Shown here piece by piece: positions 26,642 through 36,095 of a DNA stretch of 36,307 bases. Position 1 is the first letter of the stretch. Every line of letters begins with the position of its first letter. This stretch comes from Eubacteriales bacterium. Its GTDB lineage: Bacteria > Bacillota > Clostridia > Oscillospirales > CAG-382. The position numbers and the translations under genes are program-made. The notes under the pieces are model-generated. The model was given only the letters and a program-made list of their open reading frames with translations. It searched no databases and was not told the origin of the DNA. The DNA lies in contig JAZRPU010000060.1 in the NCBI GenBank assembly GCA_045649365.1, forward strand, positions 1 to 36,307, in the 5' to 3' direction.

Positions 26642-26947
26642 ATGTATAAAGTGATAATTGAACTTAAAAAAGACATTTCAGACGAAACGTTGAAAGAACT
26701 GACCGAGGTTATAAACAAAGCCTTTGATAATCGGGTTGGCAAAGTGGTTGGAACTCAAACTAATTCACCGTATTGCTTTGAGTTTTCGGGAAACAAAGAT
26801 TTATTTTGCTGTTTGCAAATAGCTATGTTGCAGTTGAAGAAAATTAAACTTTTTTGGGATAACGTTGTGGTTTGGAATTGGATTGACGAAGACGATGCAG
26901 AGGAATGTTCCAACGTTATAGAAGATTATTCTATTCCCATAAGGTGA
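26642..26947 (+). CDS. Hypothetical small protein, paralog 1 (101 aa)
   Basis: TAGGAGAA RBS. MYKVIIELKKDISDETLKELTEVINKAFDN… The first 94 nt match paralog 2 at 93/94 positions. Confidence 0.65.
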   Translation: MYKVIIELKKDISDETLKELTEVINKAFDNRVGKVVGTQTNSPYCFEFSGNKDLFCCLQIAMLQLKKIKLFWDNVVVWNWIDEDDAEECSNVIEDYSIPIR

Positions 26948-27054
26948 ATCTATGGTTGCAAAAAAGCAAATAACTTTTAACCCAAGATGAGCTAAAACAT
27001 AAGAAAAGGGCTTTTCGGTGTATTTAGCAAGGGAGAAAACAAGGAGTAAAGACG

Positions 27055-27363
27055 ATGTATAAAGTGATAATTGAACTTAAAAAAGACATTTCAGACGAAA
27101 CGTTGAAAGAACTGACCGAGATTATAAACAAAGCCTTTGATAATCGGGGCGGTAAGGTGGTTGGAACTGAAACAAGCTCACCGTATTGCTTTGAGTTTTC
27201 GGGAGAGAAAAAAAGATTTGGGTGTATGCAACTTGCGTTGGTTGATTTAAAAAGAATTAAATTGTTTTGGGATAACGTCGCGGTTTGGAAATGGATTGAT
27301 GTAAATAACCCAAGAGAATCTTGCGACGTTATAAAAGAACTTTCTATTCCAATCGTTTTTTGA
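27055..27363 (+). CDS. Hypothetical small protein, paralog 2 (102 aa)
   Basis: AAGGAG RBS. Same N-terminus, with shared SPYCFEFSG and KLFWDNVxVWxWID motifs; the remainder has diverged. Confidence 0.65.
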   Translation: MYKVIIELKKDISDETLKELTEIINKAFDNRGGKVVGTETSSPYCFEFSGEKKRFGCMQLALVDLKRIKLFWDNVAVWKWIDVNNPRESCDVIKELSIPIVF

Positions 27364-27527
27364 GGGAACATTATGGAAAATTCAAAGAAAATCGAAGATA
27401 CGGAAGAAAGCAGAAAGCAAATAGCTTTTATCCTTGATACCAAAGCGCTATATTGACATTACTGCAAAGCGGACTGATATAAGTTGCGACTTTAATAAAT
27501 ATTATACTGATGTGAAAGAGAGAAACA

Positions 27528-28145
27528 ATGAACGTAAGAGTCTTTTTTAGAAAAAAAGGAAATCTTAAATATATATCACATCTTGATTTGATGAGAGCGG
27601 TTACGAGAGGACTTTTGAGAAGTGAGCTTCCAATTGTATATACTGAAGGGTTTAATCCTCATCCAAAGTTGGTTTTTGCTCTTCCGCTTTCCATTTATCA
27701 AGAAAGTGAATATGAAATTTTTGACATAGCCGTGGAAGATGGAATATCCTACGATACAGTTTTTGAAAGATTGAAATCGGTTTTCCCAGTGGGATTTGAA
27801 ATTTTCAAAGTGGCAGAGCCAAAAGAAAAGCTTAAAACCTTGGGATTTGCTCAATATCGCATAGAACTGGACACCACTCTTTCTGATTTGGAAATCGAAA
27901 ATAAGCTACAAGGCGCTCTTCCTGTGTTGAAAAAATCAAAAAGTAAAACTGAAATGGTGGATATAAAGCCACTTATAAAAGAATATAAGGTGCTTGGAAA
28001 TGGTGTGATAGAGGTTGTTGTTGTATCAATGCCGCAAACAATACTCAACCCATCCTACGTTGTTGCCGCTTTGGGTGACGGTGTTAAGGATAGTAAAATA
28101 ACAAGACTTTGTCTTTATACGGCAGACGGAAAGGTGTTGGAATAA
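27528..28145 (+). CDS. TIGR03936/DUF2344-like radical SAM-associated protein
   Basis: N-terminus VFFRKKGNLKYISHLDLMRAVTRGLLRSELPIVYTEGFNPHPK is characteristic of this family as I recall it. Confidence 0.75.
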   Translation: MNVRVFFRKKGNLKYISHLDLMRAVTRGLLRSELPIVYTEGFNPHPKLVFALPLSIYQESEYEIFDIAVEDGISYDTVFERLKSVFPVGFEIFKVAEPKEKLKTLGFAQYRIELDTTLSDLEIENKLQGALPVLKKSKSKTEMVDIKPLIKEYKVLGNGVIEVVVVSMPQTILNPSYVVAALGDGVKDSKITRLCLYTADGKVLE

Positions 28146-28146
28146 T

Positions 28147-29835
28147 ATGCCCTTTGATGCTCTTTACTGTTCCCATCTTGCGCCCGAACTGAAAAAATAC
28201 GTGGGTAGCCGCGTGGACAAAATATTCCGTCCCGAAGCGGTGGAGCTTGATTTTCTTATTTATACGTTGGAGCGAGAAAAGAAATTTTTGATTATTTCTG
28301 CCTCTATGTCAAGCCCGAGAGTTTCTGTTTTTTCGGGAGAAAGAGAACGTCCCTCTGACCCTGATGCATTCATAATGCTTATGAGAAAGCATCTTGTGGG
28401 CGCGAGAATAACAAACGTTTTTGCGGTGGAAAACGAAAGAATAATTGTTTTTGACTTTGATTCCGCCGACGAAATGGGATATATTCAAAAGAAACGTATT
28501 TATGCGGAAATAATGGGAAAGCACAGTAATATTATTCTTTGTGACGGGGAAGATAGGGTTATTTCCGCTCTTTATCAGTCGGATATAACCTCTCCCACAA
28601 GAAGAATAATGTCGGGCTTGAAATATGAAGAGCCGCCAAAACAGCAAAAGCAAAATCCAAAAGGAATCACGATAGAGCAATTTAAAAAAGTCCTTTTGGA
28701 AAACGAGGAAAGGCTTTGCCATAAGGTTATACTTGATAATTTCCTTTCTTTCTCTCCGCTTGTGGCGAAAGAGGTGGTTTACAGAGCCTTTGGAAATATA
28801 GAAGTTACCTGTATGCATGCTGATGCTGAAAAGCTTTATGAAAGCTTTGTTTCTGTTTTATCCTGTGAAGCTGTTCCTTGTGTTATTTATGACAAAGATG
28901 GGAAAGCGGCGGAAATATCTTTTCTCGATATCACTCAATTCGGTGACGTGAAGAAGTCATATCCGCAAAGTCTTTCAGAGGCGCTTAACGAATATTATGA
29001 AGAAAAAAGCCGAAACGAACGTATTGCCGCAAGGGCGAGAGATTTGACGAAAACCGTTAAAAACATTTTGTCAAGGCTTGAAAAAAAGCTGGAAGCGCAA
29101 AAAAACGACCTTATGGACTGTGCTGAAAAGGAAGAATGCCGTCGTGCAGGAGATGCTATTATCGGAAGTATTTACACCTTAAGGCAAGGAATGGAAATTG
29201 CTGAATTGCCCGATTATGAAAACGGTGGGTTTATAAAAGTCAAGCTGGATAAAAGGCTTTCTCCTTCTAAAAATGCGGAAAGATATTATAAAAAATACGC
29301 TAAAATGAAGCGTGCGGAAGCCGCACTTACAGAGCAGATATCTCAAACGGAAAAGGAGATAGAATATATCGAGTCGGTATCCGACCTTATCTCCCGACTT
29401 TCCACAGCCGAGGATTTTGAAGAAATGAGAGATGAACTGTCAAGCGCGGGGTATTTAAAGGGCAGAAAATCCAAGGGCTTTAAAAAGCAGAAAACAAAGC
29501 CTTTGAAATTTGTAACGTCGGGCGGATTTGCCGTTAAAGTGGGTAAAAACAACGTTCAGAACGATTTTCTTACTTTTAGTGCTGATAAAAATGACTATTG
29601 GTTTCACGTTAAAAATATTCCGGGCTCTCATACGGTGCTTTACACCGAGGGGGCAACTCCCTCTGATGATGATTTGACCGAAGCCGCTACAATTGCCGCG
29701 AAGCATTCAAAGGCAACGGAGGGAAGCGTTGTTTCTGTGGATTATACTTTGGCGAGATACGTTAAAAAACCACCACACAGTAAACCGGGATACGTAACGT
29801 ATGATAAATATAAAACAGCTTATATAAGGCTGTAA
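28147..29835 (+). CDS. rqcH: NFACT-family ribosome quality control protein (RqcH / FbpA-like)
   Basis: 562 aa: N-terminal NFACT-N, a coiled-coil middle, and a C-terminal NFACT-R-like region (WFHVKNIPGSHTVL). Confidence 0.85.
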   Translation: MPFDALYCSHLAPELKKYVGSRVDKIFRPEAVELDFLIYTLEREKKFLIISASMSSPRVSVFSGERERPSDPDAFIMLMRKHLVGARITNVFAVENERIIVFDFDSADEMGYIQKKRIYAEIMGKHSNIILCDGEDRVISALYQSDITSPTRRIMSGLKYEEPPKQQKQNPKGITIEQFKKVLLENEERLCHKVILDNFLSFSPLVAKEVVYRAFGNIEVTCMHADAEKLYESFVSVLSCEAVPCVIYDKDGKAAEISFLDITQFGDVKKSYPQSLSEALNEYYEEKSRNERIAARARDLTKTVKNILSRLEKKLEAQKNDLMDCAEKEECRRAGDAIIGSIYTLRQGMEIAELPDYENGGFIKVKLDKRLSPSKNAERYYKKYAKMKRAEAALTEQISQTEKEIEYIESVSDLISRLSTAEDFEEMRDELSSAGYLKGRKSKGFKKQKTKPLKFVTSGGFAVKVGKNNVQNDFLTFSADKNDYWFHVKNIPGSHTVLYTEGATPSDDDLTEAATIAAKHSKATEGSVVSVDYTLARYVKKPPHSKPGYVTYDKYKTAYIRL

Positions 29836-29853
29836 TTTTGAGAGGAATTTATA

Positions 29854-30684
29854 ATGAATTTAGGTTGTCATTTGTCCGTGGGTGACGGATATCTCGAAAT
29901 GGGAACTGTTGCATCTTCTATTAATGCAAACACATTTCAGTTTTTCACAAGAAATCCAAGGGGCGGCTCTGTAAAGCCAATAAATACAGACGATATTTTC
30001 AGCCTTTACGAATATATGCATGGAAGAGGATTTGCGAAAATCGTTGCTCATGCACCTTTTATCATGAATCTTGCCGCCAAAGAGGAATCCAAAAGAGAAT
30101 ATGCTGTCAGCGTTTTGAAAGACGATATAATGAGAATGGAGCTTCTTCCCTTTAATTATTATAATCTTCATCCGGGCGCACATACGGGACAAGGTGCAGA
30201 CGTGGGAATTGCGAAAATTGCAAAAAGCCTTAACGAAGCTTTGTATGAAAAAATGACAACAACTGTTTTGCTTGAAACAATGACGGGTAAAGGCTCTGAA
30301 ATCGGAGGCACTTTTGAAGAACTGAAGCGTATATATGATTTGGTGGAATTAAAGGACAAGGTGGGATTTTGCCTTGACACATGCCATGTTTTCGACGGCG
30401 GATATGACATTGTGAATGACCTTGACGGAGTCCTTTCGAAATTTGACAGAATAATCGGACTTGATAAATTAAAAGCAATACATTTAAACGATAGCATGAA
30501 CGTTTTGGGAAGCAAAAAAGACAGACATGCTAAAATCGGAGAGGGATATATCGGGCTTGAAGCAATCGTAAAGGTGTTGACACATCCCGCCCTTTCTTCT
30601 CTTCCTTTTGTGCTTGAAACTCCCAACGAGGTGGAGGGATATGCAAAGGAAATAGATTTACTCAGGGGTATATGCAATGGATAA
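29854..30684 (+). CDS. nfo: Deoxyribonuclease IV (endonuclease IV)
   Basis: FQFFTRNPRGG, HAPFIMNLA, LETM and HLNDS motifs of the AP endonuclease 2 family. Confidence 0.9.
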   Translation: MNLGCHLSVGDGYLEMGTVASSINANTFQFFTRNPRGGSVKPINTDDIFSLYEYMHGRGFAKIVAHAPFIMNLAAKEESKREYAVSVLKDDIMRMELLPFNYYNLHPGAHTGQGADVGIAKIAKSLNEALYEKMTTTVLLETMTGKGSEIGGTFEELKRIYDLVELKDKVGFCLDTCHVFDGGYDIVNDLDGVLSKFDRIIGLDKLKAIHLNDSMNVLGSKKDRHAKIGEGYIGLEAIVKVLTHPALSSLPFVLETPNEVEGYAKEIDLLRGICNG

Positions 30685-32716
30685 CCGCCCTATCAGATAT
30701 TTAAAGGGTGTAGGAGAGGCAAGAGAAAAAAAGCTTGCCAAACTTGGAATATATACGGTAAAGGACCTTATCTGTTATTTCCCTCGGAGATATGAAGACC
30801 GAGGAAACGTTAAAAATATCGTTGAGCTTTGCGACGGAGAAATATGTTCTGTGGTCGCAGTTGTTTCGGCTCCTCCGACTTTTCATCTTTCAAAAAATCG
30901 GTTAAGCTATTCAAGAATCCTTTTTTCTGACGGAACGGGAACTTTGGTAGTGACCCTTTTCAATCAGGAATTAACTGCAAAAGCTCTTGCTGTCGGACAA
31001 AAATACAGAATATTTGGAAAAGCTTCTTTGGGAAAATGGGGAATGGAGCTTCTTTCACCCGTAATTGAGCTGTACACGGGAAAGGATATGAAAAGTATAT
31101 ATCCTGTGTATCCGCTTACAGCGGGGCTTACTTCGTCAACGTTCAGCAGAATAATTTCATCGTTGGAATCTGAAACGAAAATGACTGAAGACGTTCTTCC
31201 TCAAAGGGTTATTGATGAAAACTCTTTAATGCCTCTTGGAGAGGCGGTCTGGGGAATGCATTTCCCGAAAACCTTTGAAGAGGTTGAAAAGTCCGGAGAA
31301 ACGTTGGCATATACCGAGCTTTTGCTTTTTCAAGTAGCTTTGAGAAGCTTGAAAAAGGAAAAGGAAAAACAAAAAGCTTTTGAAATTTATGACGAGGGAT
31401 ATTTTGAGGAATTTAAAACTCTTTTGCCCTTTCAATTAACAGAGGCTCAAGAGCGTGCTGTTTTCGACGTTGTTTCCGATATGAAAAAATCGCACCCAAT
31501 GGTTCGTCTTGTTCAAGGTGATGTGGGTAGCGGAAAAACCGCTGTCGCCGCCGCTGCCGCATACGTTGTGGCGAAAAACGGATATCAGACAGCAATTCTT
31601 GCGCCGACAGCAATTCTTGCCACTCAACATTATGAAACGTTTTTGCGCTTCTTTGAGGGAACAGGAATAAACGTTTCTCTCCTTTGCGGGTTTATGACGG
31701 CAAAAGAGAAAAAAGAAGTCAAGAATAAAATATCGAATGGTGAAGTTCAAGTAGTGGTGGGTACTCACGCTCTTTTGCAAAAAGACGTTAGCTTTTCTGC
31801 TCTCGGACTTGCTGTTATAGACGAACAGCATCGTTTTGGCGTTGACCAAAGAGCGTTTTTAACAAAAGGTGACGGATTCGTTTCTCCTCATACACTTGTA
31901 ATGAGTGCGACCCCAATTCCCCGTTCTCTTTCTTTTGTTATTTATGGAGATATGGACGTGAGCATAATTGACGTTATGCCTCGCGGAAGAAAGAGCGTTG
32001 AAACGTATAAGGTGGATTCCACATACAGAGAACGTATATATAAGTTTATAAAGAAAAACGTTGATTTGGGCGGGAAAGCGTATATAGTGTGTCCGCTGGT
32101 GGAAGATGAAGAAGAAAAAAGCGAAAAGAAAAACGCGGTGGATTATATTGCTTCTTTGAAAAATACACCTATAGGTGATTTGAAATGTGATATTCTCCAT
32201 GGAAAAATGTCTTCTGCGGAAAAAGAAAAGGTAATGCAGGGATTTAAATACGGAGATACGAAAATACTTGTCAGCACAACTGTAATTGAGGTAGGTGTAG
32301 ACGTGCCTGAAGCGGTAGTTATGCTTGTGGAAAATGCGGAGTGTTTCGGACTTTCTCAATTGCATCAGTTAAGGGGAAGAGTCGGCAGAGGAACAATGCA
32401 ATCATATTGTGTTTTGATGAGTGATAATAAAAGCGCAAAAACTACAGAGCGATTAAAGGTATTATGTCAGACAAACGATGGATTCAAGGTTGCCGAAGCA
32501 GATTTGACAGCGAGAGGCCCTGGAGAATTTTTTGGGAAACGTCAAAACGGAGAAATAAAGTTTAAAACCGCTTCTTTTGCTACGTTGGAAATTTTAGAAA
32601 AAACAAGAGTCTTGGCAAATAAAACGGTTTCTGAAGATACTGACGAAAGTAAAATGATAAAAAAAGCGGCAAAAGAGTTTTTTGCAGGAAATCTTGAAGA
32701 AAATACTATGAATTGA
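30677..32716 (+). CDS. recG: ATP-dependent DNA helicase RecG
   Basis: Wedge domain, then helicase motifs GDVGSGKT, DEQHRFG and QLHQLRGRVGRG; overlaps nfo by 8 nt. Confidence 0.93.
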   Translation: MDNRPIRYLKGVGEAREKKLAKLGIYTVKDLICYFPRRYEDRGNVKNIVELCDGEICSVVAVVSAPPTFHLSKNRLSYSRILFSDGTGTLVVTLFNQELTAKALAVGQKYRIFGKASLGKWGMELLSPVIELYTGKDMKSIYPVYPLTAGLTSSTFSRIISSLESETKMTEDVLPQRVIDENSLMPLGEAVWGMHFPKTFEEVEKSGETLAYTELLLFQVALRSLKKEKEKQKAFEIYDEGYFEEFKTLLPFQLTEAQERAVFDVVSDMKKSHPMVRLVQGDVGSGKTAVAAAAAYVVAKNGYQTAILAPTAILATQHYETFLRFFEGTGINVSLLCGFMTAKEKKEVKNKISNGEVQVVVGTHALLQKDVSFSALGLAVIDEQHRFGVDQRAFLTKGDGFVSPHTLVMSATPIPRSLSFVIYGDMDVSIIDVMPRGRKSVETYKVDSTYRERIYKFIKKNVDLGGKAYIVCPLVEDEEEKSEKKNAVDYIASLKNTPIGDLKCDILHGKMSSAEKEKVMQGFKYGDTKILVSTTVIEVGVDVPEAVVMLVENAECFGLSQLHQLRGRVGRGTMQSYCVLMSDNKSAKTTERLKVLCQTNDGFKVAEADLTARGPGEFFGKRQNGEIKFKTASFATLEILEKTRVLANKTVSEDTDESKMIKKAAKEFFAGNLEENTMN

Positions 32717-32745
32717 TTATCTCAATTTGAATATAAAAGGTTACC

Positions 32746-33693
32746 ATGAAAATAGGAAACGTAGAAATAAAAAATGGAATATTTCTTGCCCCCATGGCAG
32801 GCGTAACGGATAGCGCATACAGAAGAATATGCAAAAGGAACGGTGTTGAATTTGTAACCACCGAGCTGATTTCGGGAAAAGCGGTATGCTTTGGGGATAA
32901 AAAAACAAAGCTGTATGCTTCTTTTCATGAGGAAGAACGCCCTGTTGCAATTCAGCTTTTCGGAAGCGACAGCTATCATATAGCAAAAGCGGCTTATATG
33001 CTTATGGAACTAAAGCCCGACGTTATAGATATAAATATGGGTTGCCCCGTTCCAAAGGCTGTAAAGTCGGGAGAGGGAAGCGCACTTTTAAAGAATCCCG
33101 CACTTTGTGGTGAAATCCTTGCCGCTGTAAAAAAGGAAGTAAGCGTACCTGTTACCGCTAAAATACGTCGCGGCTTTGAAAAGGATTCCGAATCGGGATT
33201 TGACGTTGCTCTTGCTTTGGAAAATGCGGGTGCCGATGCGATTTTTGTTCATGGCAGAACTGCTGTTCAAATGTACAGCGGAAAATCCGACAGAGGTATT
33301 ATCAAAAAAATAAAAGAAACCGTTTCATGTCCTGTTATAGGAAATGGAGATATACGCTCCCCCGAAGACGCTTTTTCCATGATGAAAGAAACTTCATGCG
33401 ATGGAGTTATGGTGGGAAGAGCATGCATGGGTGACCCGTGGATTTTCAAAAAAATACAATCGGCTCTGAAGGGAGAAGAATATATTCCCCCAACGGATGA
33501 AGAATTTAAAGAAACGATTCTGGAACAAATCAGACTGATGATTGAAAACAAAGGAGAATATATCTCTGTTAGAGAAGCCAGAAAGCATTTGAGCTGGTAC
33601 ACTAAAGGCAGATACGGCAGCGCGGCTTTGAGGGATAGAATAAACAGAGTTGAAAGCGCGAGAGAGATTGAAGAAATAATAAAAGAAATGTAA
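32746..33693 (+). CDS. dusB: tRNA-dihydrouridine synthase
   Basis: LAPMAGVTD, DINMGCP and HGRT motifs; 315 aa. Confidence 0.9.
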   Translation: MKIGNVEIKNGIFLAPMAGVTDSAYRRICKRNGVEFVTTELISGKAVCFGDKKTKLYASFHEEERPVAIQLFGSDSYHIAKAAYMLMELKPDVIDINMGCPVPKAVKSGEGSALLKNPALCGEILAAVKKEVSVPVTAKIRRGFEKDSESGFDVALALENAGADAIFVHGRTAVQMYSGKSDRGIIKKIKETVSCPVIGNGDIRSPEDAFSMMKETSCDGVMVGRACMGDPWIFKKIQSALKGEEYIPPTDEEFKETILEQIRLMIENKGEYISVREARKHLSWYTKGRYGSAALRDRINRVESAREIEEIIKEM

Positions 33694-33734
33694 TTTTATA
33701 TCTGATTTTATATCTCATATTGAATCATATTTTG

Positions 33735-33764
33735 AAACACGCTCATTGTTGGGCGTGTTTTTTG
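33735..33764 (+). terminator. Rho-independent terminator of dusB
   Basis: AAACACGC/GCGTGTTT stem followed by TTTTGCTTT. Confidence 0.7.
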
Positions 33765-33950
33765 CTTTGTGTAAAGAAATAATTTTTGATTACATGATAT
33801 AATTTTTTGTAAAGATGTAAGACTGCCTTTTGACCGAGAAACGTTTTATTAAAGCATCTTTAGGGGGAGTACGTTTTTAAAGCATGTTCTTTTTGCCAAA
33901 AAAAGTCGAAAAGTTTTTTTGACTCTTTTGGACTTTTTTGGAAAAAGGAC

Positions 33951-33979
33951 TTGATTTTTTTATTTTAAAATGTTATAAT
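33951..33979 (+). promoter_or_regulatory. Sigma-A-type promoter upstream of spo0A (TTGATT-17-TGtTATAAT)
   Basis: -35 at 33951-33956 and an extended -10 ending at 33979, about 100 nt before the ATG. Confidence 0.6.
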
Positions 33980-34077
33980 TTGGCAGAAATGTAAAATAAT
34001 GACAATCGCGCTCAAAACAAACGAGCAATAGTTGGTTTTGAGCGGGGGTCGGCGAAAAAAGAAACGGAGATAAACAA

Positions 34078-34920
34078 ATGGAACACAATCAGATTAATCA
34101 AATGGGTCAAATCAGTCAAATGGAGGGAATTGGGCAAGTGAAAACAAAGGTTATTATTGTTGATAGCAACATTGAATTCCGAAGAAATTGCATTCAGAAT
34201 TTAAGAAGACTAAACATTGACGTTGTAGGCGAAGCCATTGACGGAATGGATGCGTTTTCAAAAATTGCAAGATTCCGCCCGAATGCTGTAATTTCAGATT
34301 TGTATTTGGGGAGAATAGATGGATTACAGCTTATCAAAGAAAGTAAAAGGAAATTCGGAGAATATTTTCCCGCTTTTATAATGCTTTCCAGTTTTAATAA
34401 TCAGGCGTTGTTTGAGGAATGTTGCCAGAATGGAGCGGCTTATTGTATGCTAAAGCCTGTGGATTGGACTGTTCTCGCTGAACGAATTGAAAAATGCTCT
34501 TCTGTGGGAAAAAGAAGAGGCCCTGCCGCTCCTCCTCAAACAGAGCCTGCGGATTTAGAAGCTCAAGTAACAAAAATAATTCATCAGATAGGAGTACCCG
34601 CTCATATCAAGGGGTATCAATATTTAAGAACAGCAATTATTATGACCGTGAGCAACAATGATTACATAAATTCTGTGACAAAGGTTCTTTATCCTGCTGT
34701 AGCAAAGGAATATAACACTACGTCTTCAAGAGTTGAACGAGCTATAAGACATGCTATAGAGGTGGCATGGGACAGAGGTGACGTTGACGTTCTGAACTCC
34801 TTTTTCGGATATACAGTTCAAACTTCAAGAGGCAAACCCACAAATTCTGAATTTATAGCAATGATATCAGATAACTTAAGGTTGAAAAACAAAGAAAATC
34901 TTGCTCTTATCGGGTGCTGA
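34078..34920 (+). CDS. spo0A: Sporulation master response regulator Spo0A (divergent receiver, N-terminal extension)
   Basis: The C-terminal domain has the Spo0A signature ([15 protein letters not shown]…[15 protein letters not shown]…[11 protein letters not shown]). The receiver domain has [10 protein letters not shown] at the phosphoacceptor region. Confidence 0.88.
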   Translation: MEHNQINQMGQISQMEGIGQVKTKVIIVDSNIEFRRNCIQNLRRLNIDVVGEAIDGMDAFSKIARFRPNAVISDLYLGRIDGLQLIKESKRKFGEYFPAFIMLSSFNNQALFEECCQNGAAYCMLKPVDWTVLAERIEKCSSVGKRRGPAAPPQTEPADLEAQVTKIIHQIGVPAHIKGYQYLRTAIIMTVSNNDYINSVTKVLYPAVAKEYNTTSSRVERAIRHAIEVAWDRGDVDVLNSFFGYTVQTSRGKPTNSEFIAMISDNLRLKNKENLALIGC

Positions 34921-34967
34921 CGTTTTTTTGGGGGTATCAAATTTTTTATTTTTATCGTGTTATACTA

Positions 34968-34996
34968 TTGACTTTTTTTCTGTTTGGGTGTATAAT
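34968..34996 (+). promoter_or_regulatory. Promoter of the lipoprotein gene (TTGACT-17-TATAAT)
   Basis: TTGACT at 34968-34973 and TATAAT at 34991-34996. Confidence 0.6.
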
Positions 34997-35047
34997 CCCA
35001 TTGTAAAATGCCTTTGGAGGCAAAAAAACAGAAAGGAACATTTTCTC

Positions 35048-35860
35048 ATGAACAAATTTAAGAGAATTTCAGCGTTAATCGTAGCTGCTATGCTTACATT
35101 GACGCTCGTAAGCTGTGGCGGTGGTGATGAAGAATCTTCTGCTGCATCTAAAGCTGAATCTCAAGCTGCATCTCAGGCTGCTTCTCAAGCAGAATCCAAA
35201 GATGCATCTGAAGCTGCTTCTGAAGACGCATCCGAAGCTGCTTCTGAAGACGCATCCGAAGAAGTATCTGAAGCTGTTTCCGAAGAAGAACTTATCAACG
35301 GATTCCCTGCATCAGAATGCTTTACATGGAACGATTCTACTTTCCACATGGGAAGCGGTAACTTCGTACTCAATTCTATGGGTCACATCGAAACAACTAC
35401 CGAAGACAATATCGCTGTTATTATGGACGAATCCTTCTCAACAGGTAAAATCAGCGTTGAACTTATCGCTAACGGCGGTGAAGAAGCTGACAACGATAAC
35501 GGATTTATCTTCGGTCTTGAAGACGTTCCCCTCGATTATTTCTGGGAACAGGGCAGAAGCTACTACTTCCTTTTCGTATCTGACAACTGCTCTCTCTACC
35601 TTGCAAAAGTAGCATACAACGGTCAACCTTGGACAGAACTCAGATCTGTTGTTCTTTCTGAAGCAGGTATCGTTTACTCTCACGGTTCTTCTATCAAAAT
35701 TTCTGCTGAAGTTGAAGAAGGCGGAACCATCAAATGTTATGCTAACGACCAGCTTATCTTTACTTATGAAGATGAAGAACCTTTGACAGGTACTGGCTAC
35801 GGTCTTCGTGGCGAATGGTCCGGTGTTTCGTGGAAGAGCTTGACTGTAGAAAAGAACTAA
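35048..35860 (+). CDS. Lipoprotein with Ser/Ala/Glu repeat linker and a beta-sandwich-like (LamG/DUF1080-like?) C-terminal domain
   Basis: MNKFKRISALIVAAMLTLTLVSCGG has a signal peptide and lipobox. The ORF-track start 34901 lies upstream of the promoter and has no RBS. Confidence 0.75.
   Translation: MNKFKRISALIVAAMLTLTLVSCGGGDEESSAASKAESQAASQAASQAESKDASEAASEDASEAASEDASEEVSEAVSEEELINGFPASECFTWNDSTFHMGSGNFVLNSMGHIETTTEDNIAVIMDESFSTGKISVELIANGGEEADNDNGFIFGLEDVPLDYFWEQGRSYYFLFVSDNCSLYLAKVAYNGQPWTELRSVVLSEAGIVYSHGSSIKISAEVEEGGTIKCYANDQLIFTYEDEEPLTGTGYGLRGEWSGVSWKSLTVEKN
35210..35257 (+). repeat. 24-nt tandem repeat x2 (GAAGCTGCTTCTGAAGACGCATCC) within the linker-coding region
   Basis: Exact copies at 35210-35233 and 35234-35257, encoding EAASEDAS twice. 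Confidence 0.85.
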
Positions 35861-35886
35861 TATAGTCAGAACTTAATTTTCTTTAT

Positions 35887-35927
35887 AAAAAATCTTCTCC
35901 GCTTAATAGGCGTAGGAGATTTTTTTT
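35887..35927 (+). terminator. Rho-independent terminator of the lipoprotein gene
   Basis: AATCTTCTCCGC…GCGTAGGAGATT imperfect stem followed by TTTTTTT. Confidence 0.65.
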
Positions 35928-35966
35928 AATGAGAGATTTTGCTAATATAAAATACTTGGGATTTCG

Positions 35967-35995
35967 TTGACAAAAAGCCGGATGTAATGTATAAT
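35967..35995 (+). promoter_or_regulatory. Consensus promoter (TTGACA-17-TATAAT)
   Basis: TTGACA at 35967-35972 and TATAAT at 35990-35995, upstream of the last partial gene. Confidence 0.65.
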
Positions 35996-36095
35996 ATTTA
36001 TGGATAAACGGAAATAAAATTGAGTAGCAAAGGAATTTATTGTTTAAGAAGCGGCAAGGTAAGGTTGACACGCCCGAACAGAAAAGGGGGAGAGT

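Noticed and set aside
27024-27443. 139-aa minus-strand ORF
   Set aside because: It is antisense to paralog 2. The + strand frame is supported by an RBS and by amino-acid-level conservation with paralog 1, and the antisense frame is not conserved across copy 1.
34901-35047. N-terminal 49-codon extension of the lipoprotein ORF
   Set aside because: It overlaps the spo0A stop and contains the TTGACT-17-TATAAT promoter. The signal peptide starts at ATG 35048, which has an upstream AAAGGAA.
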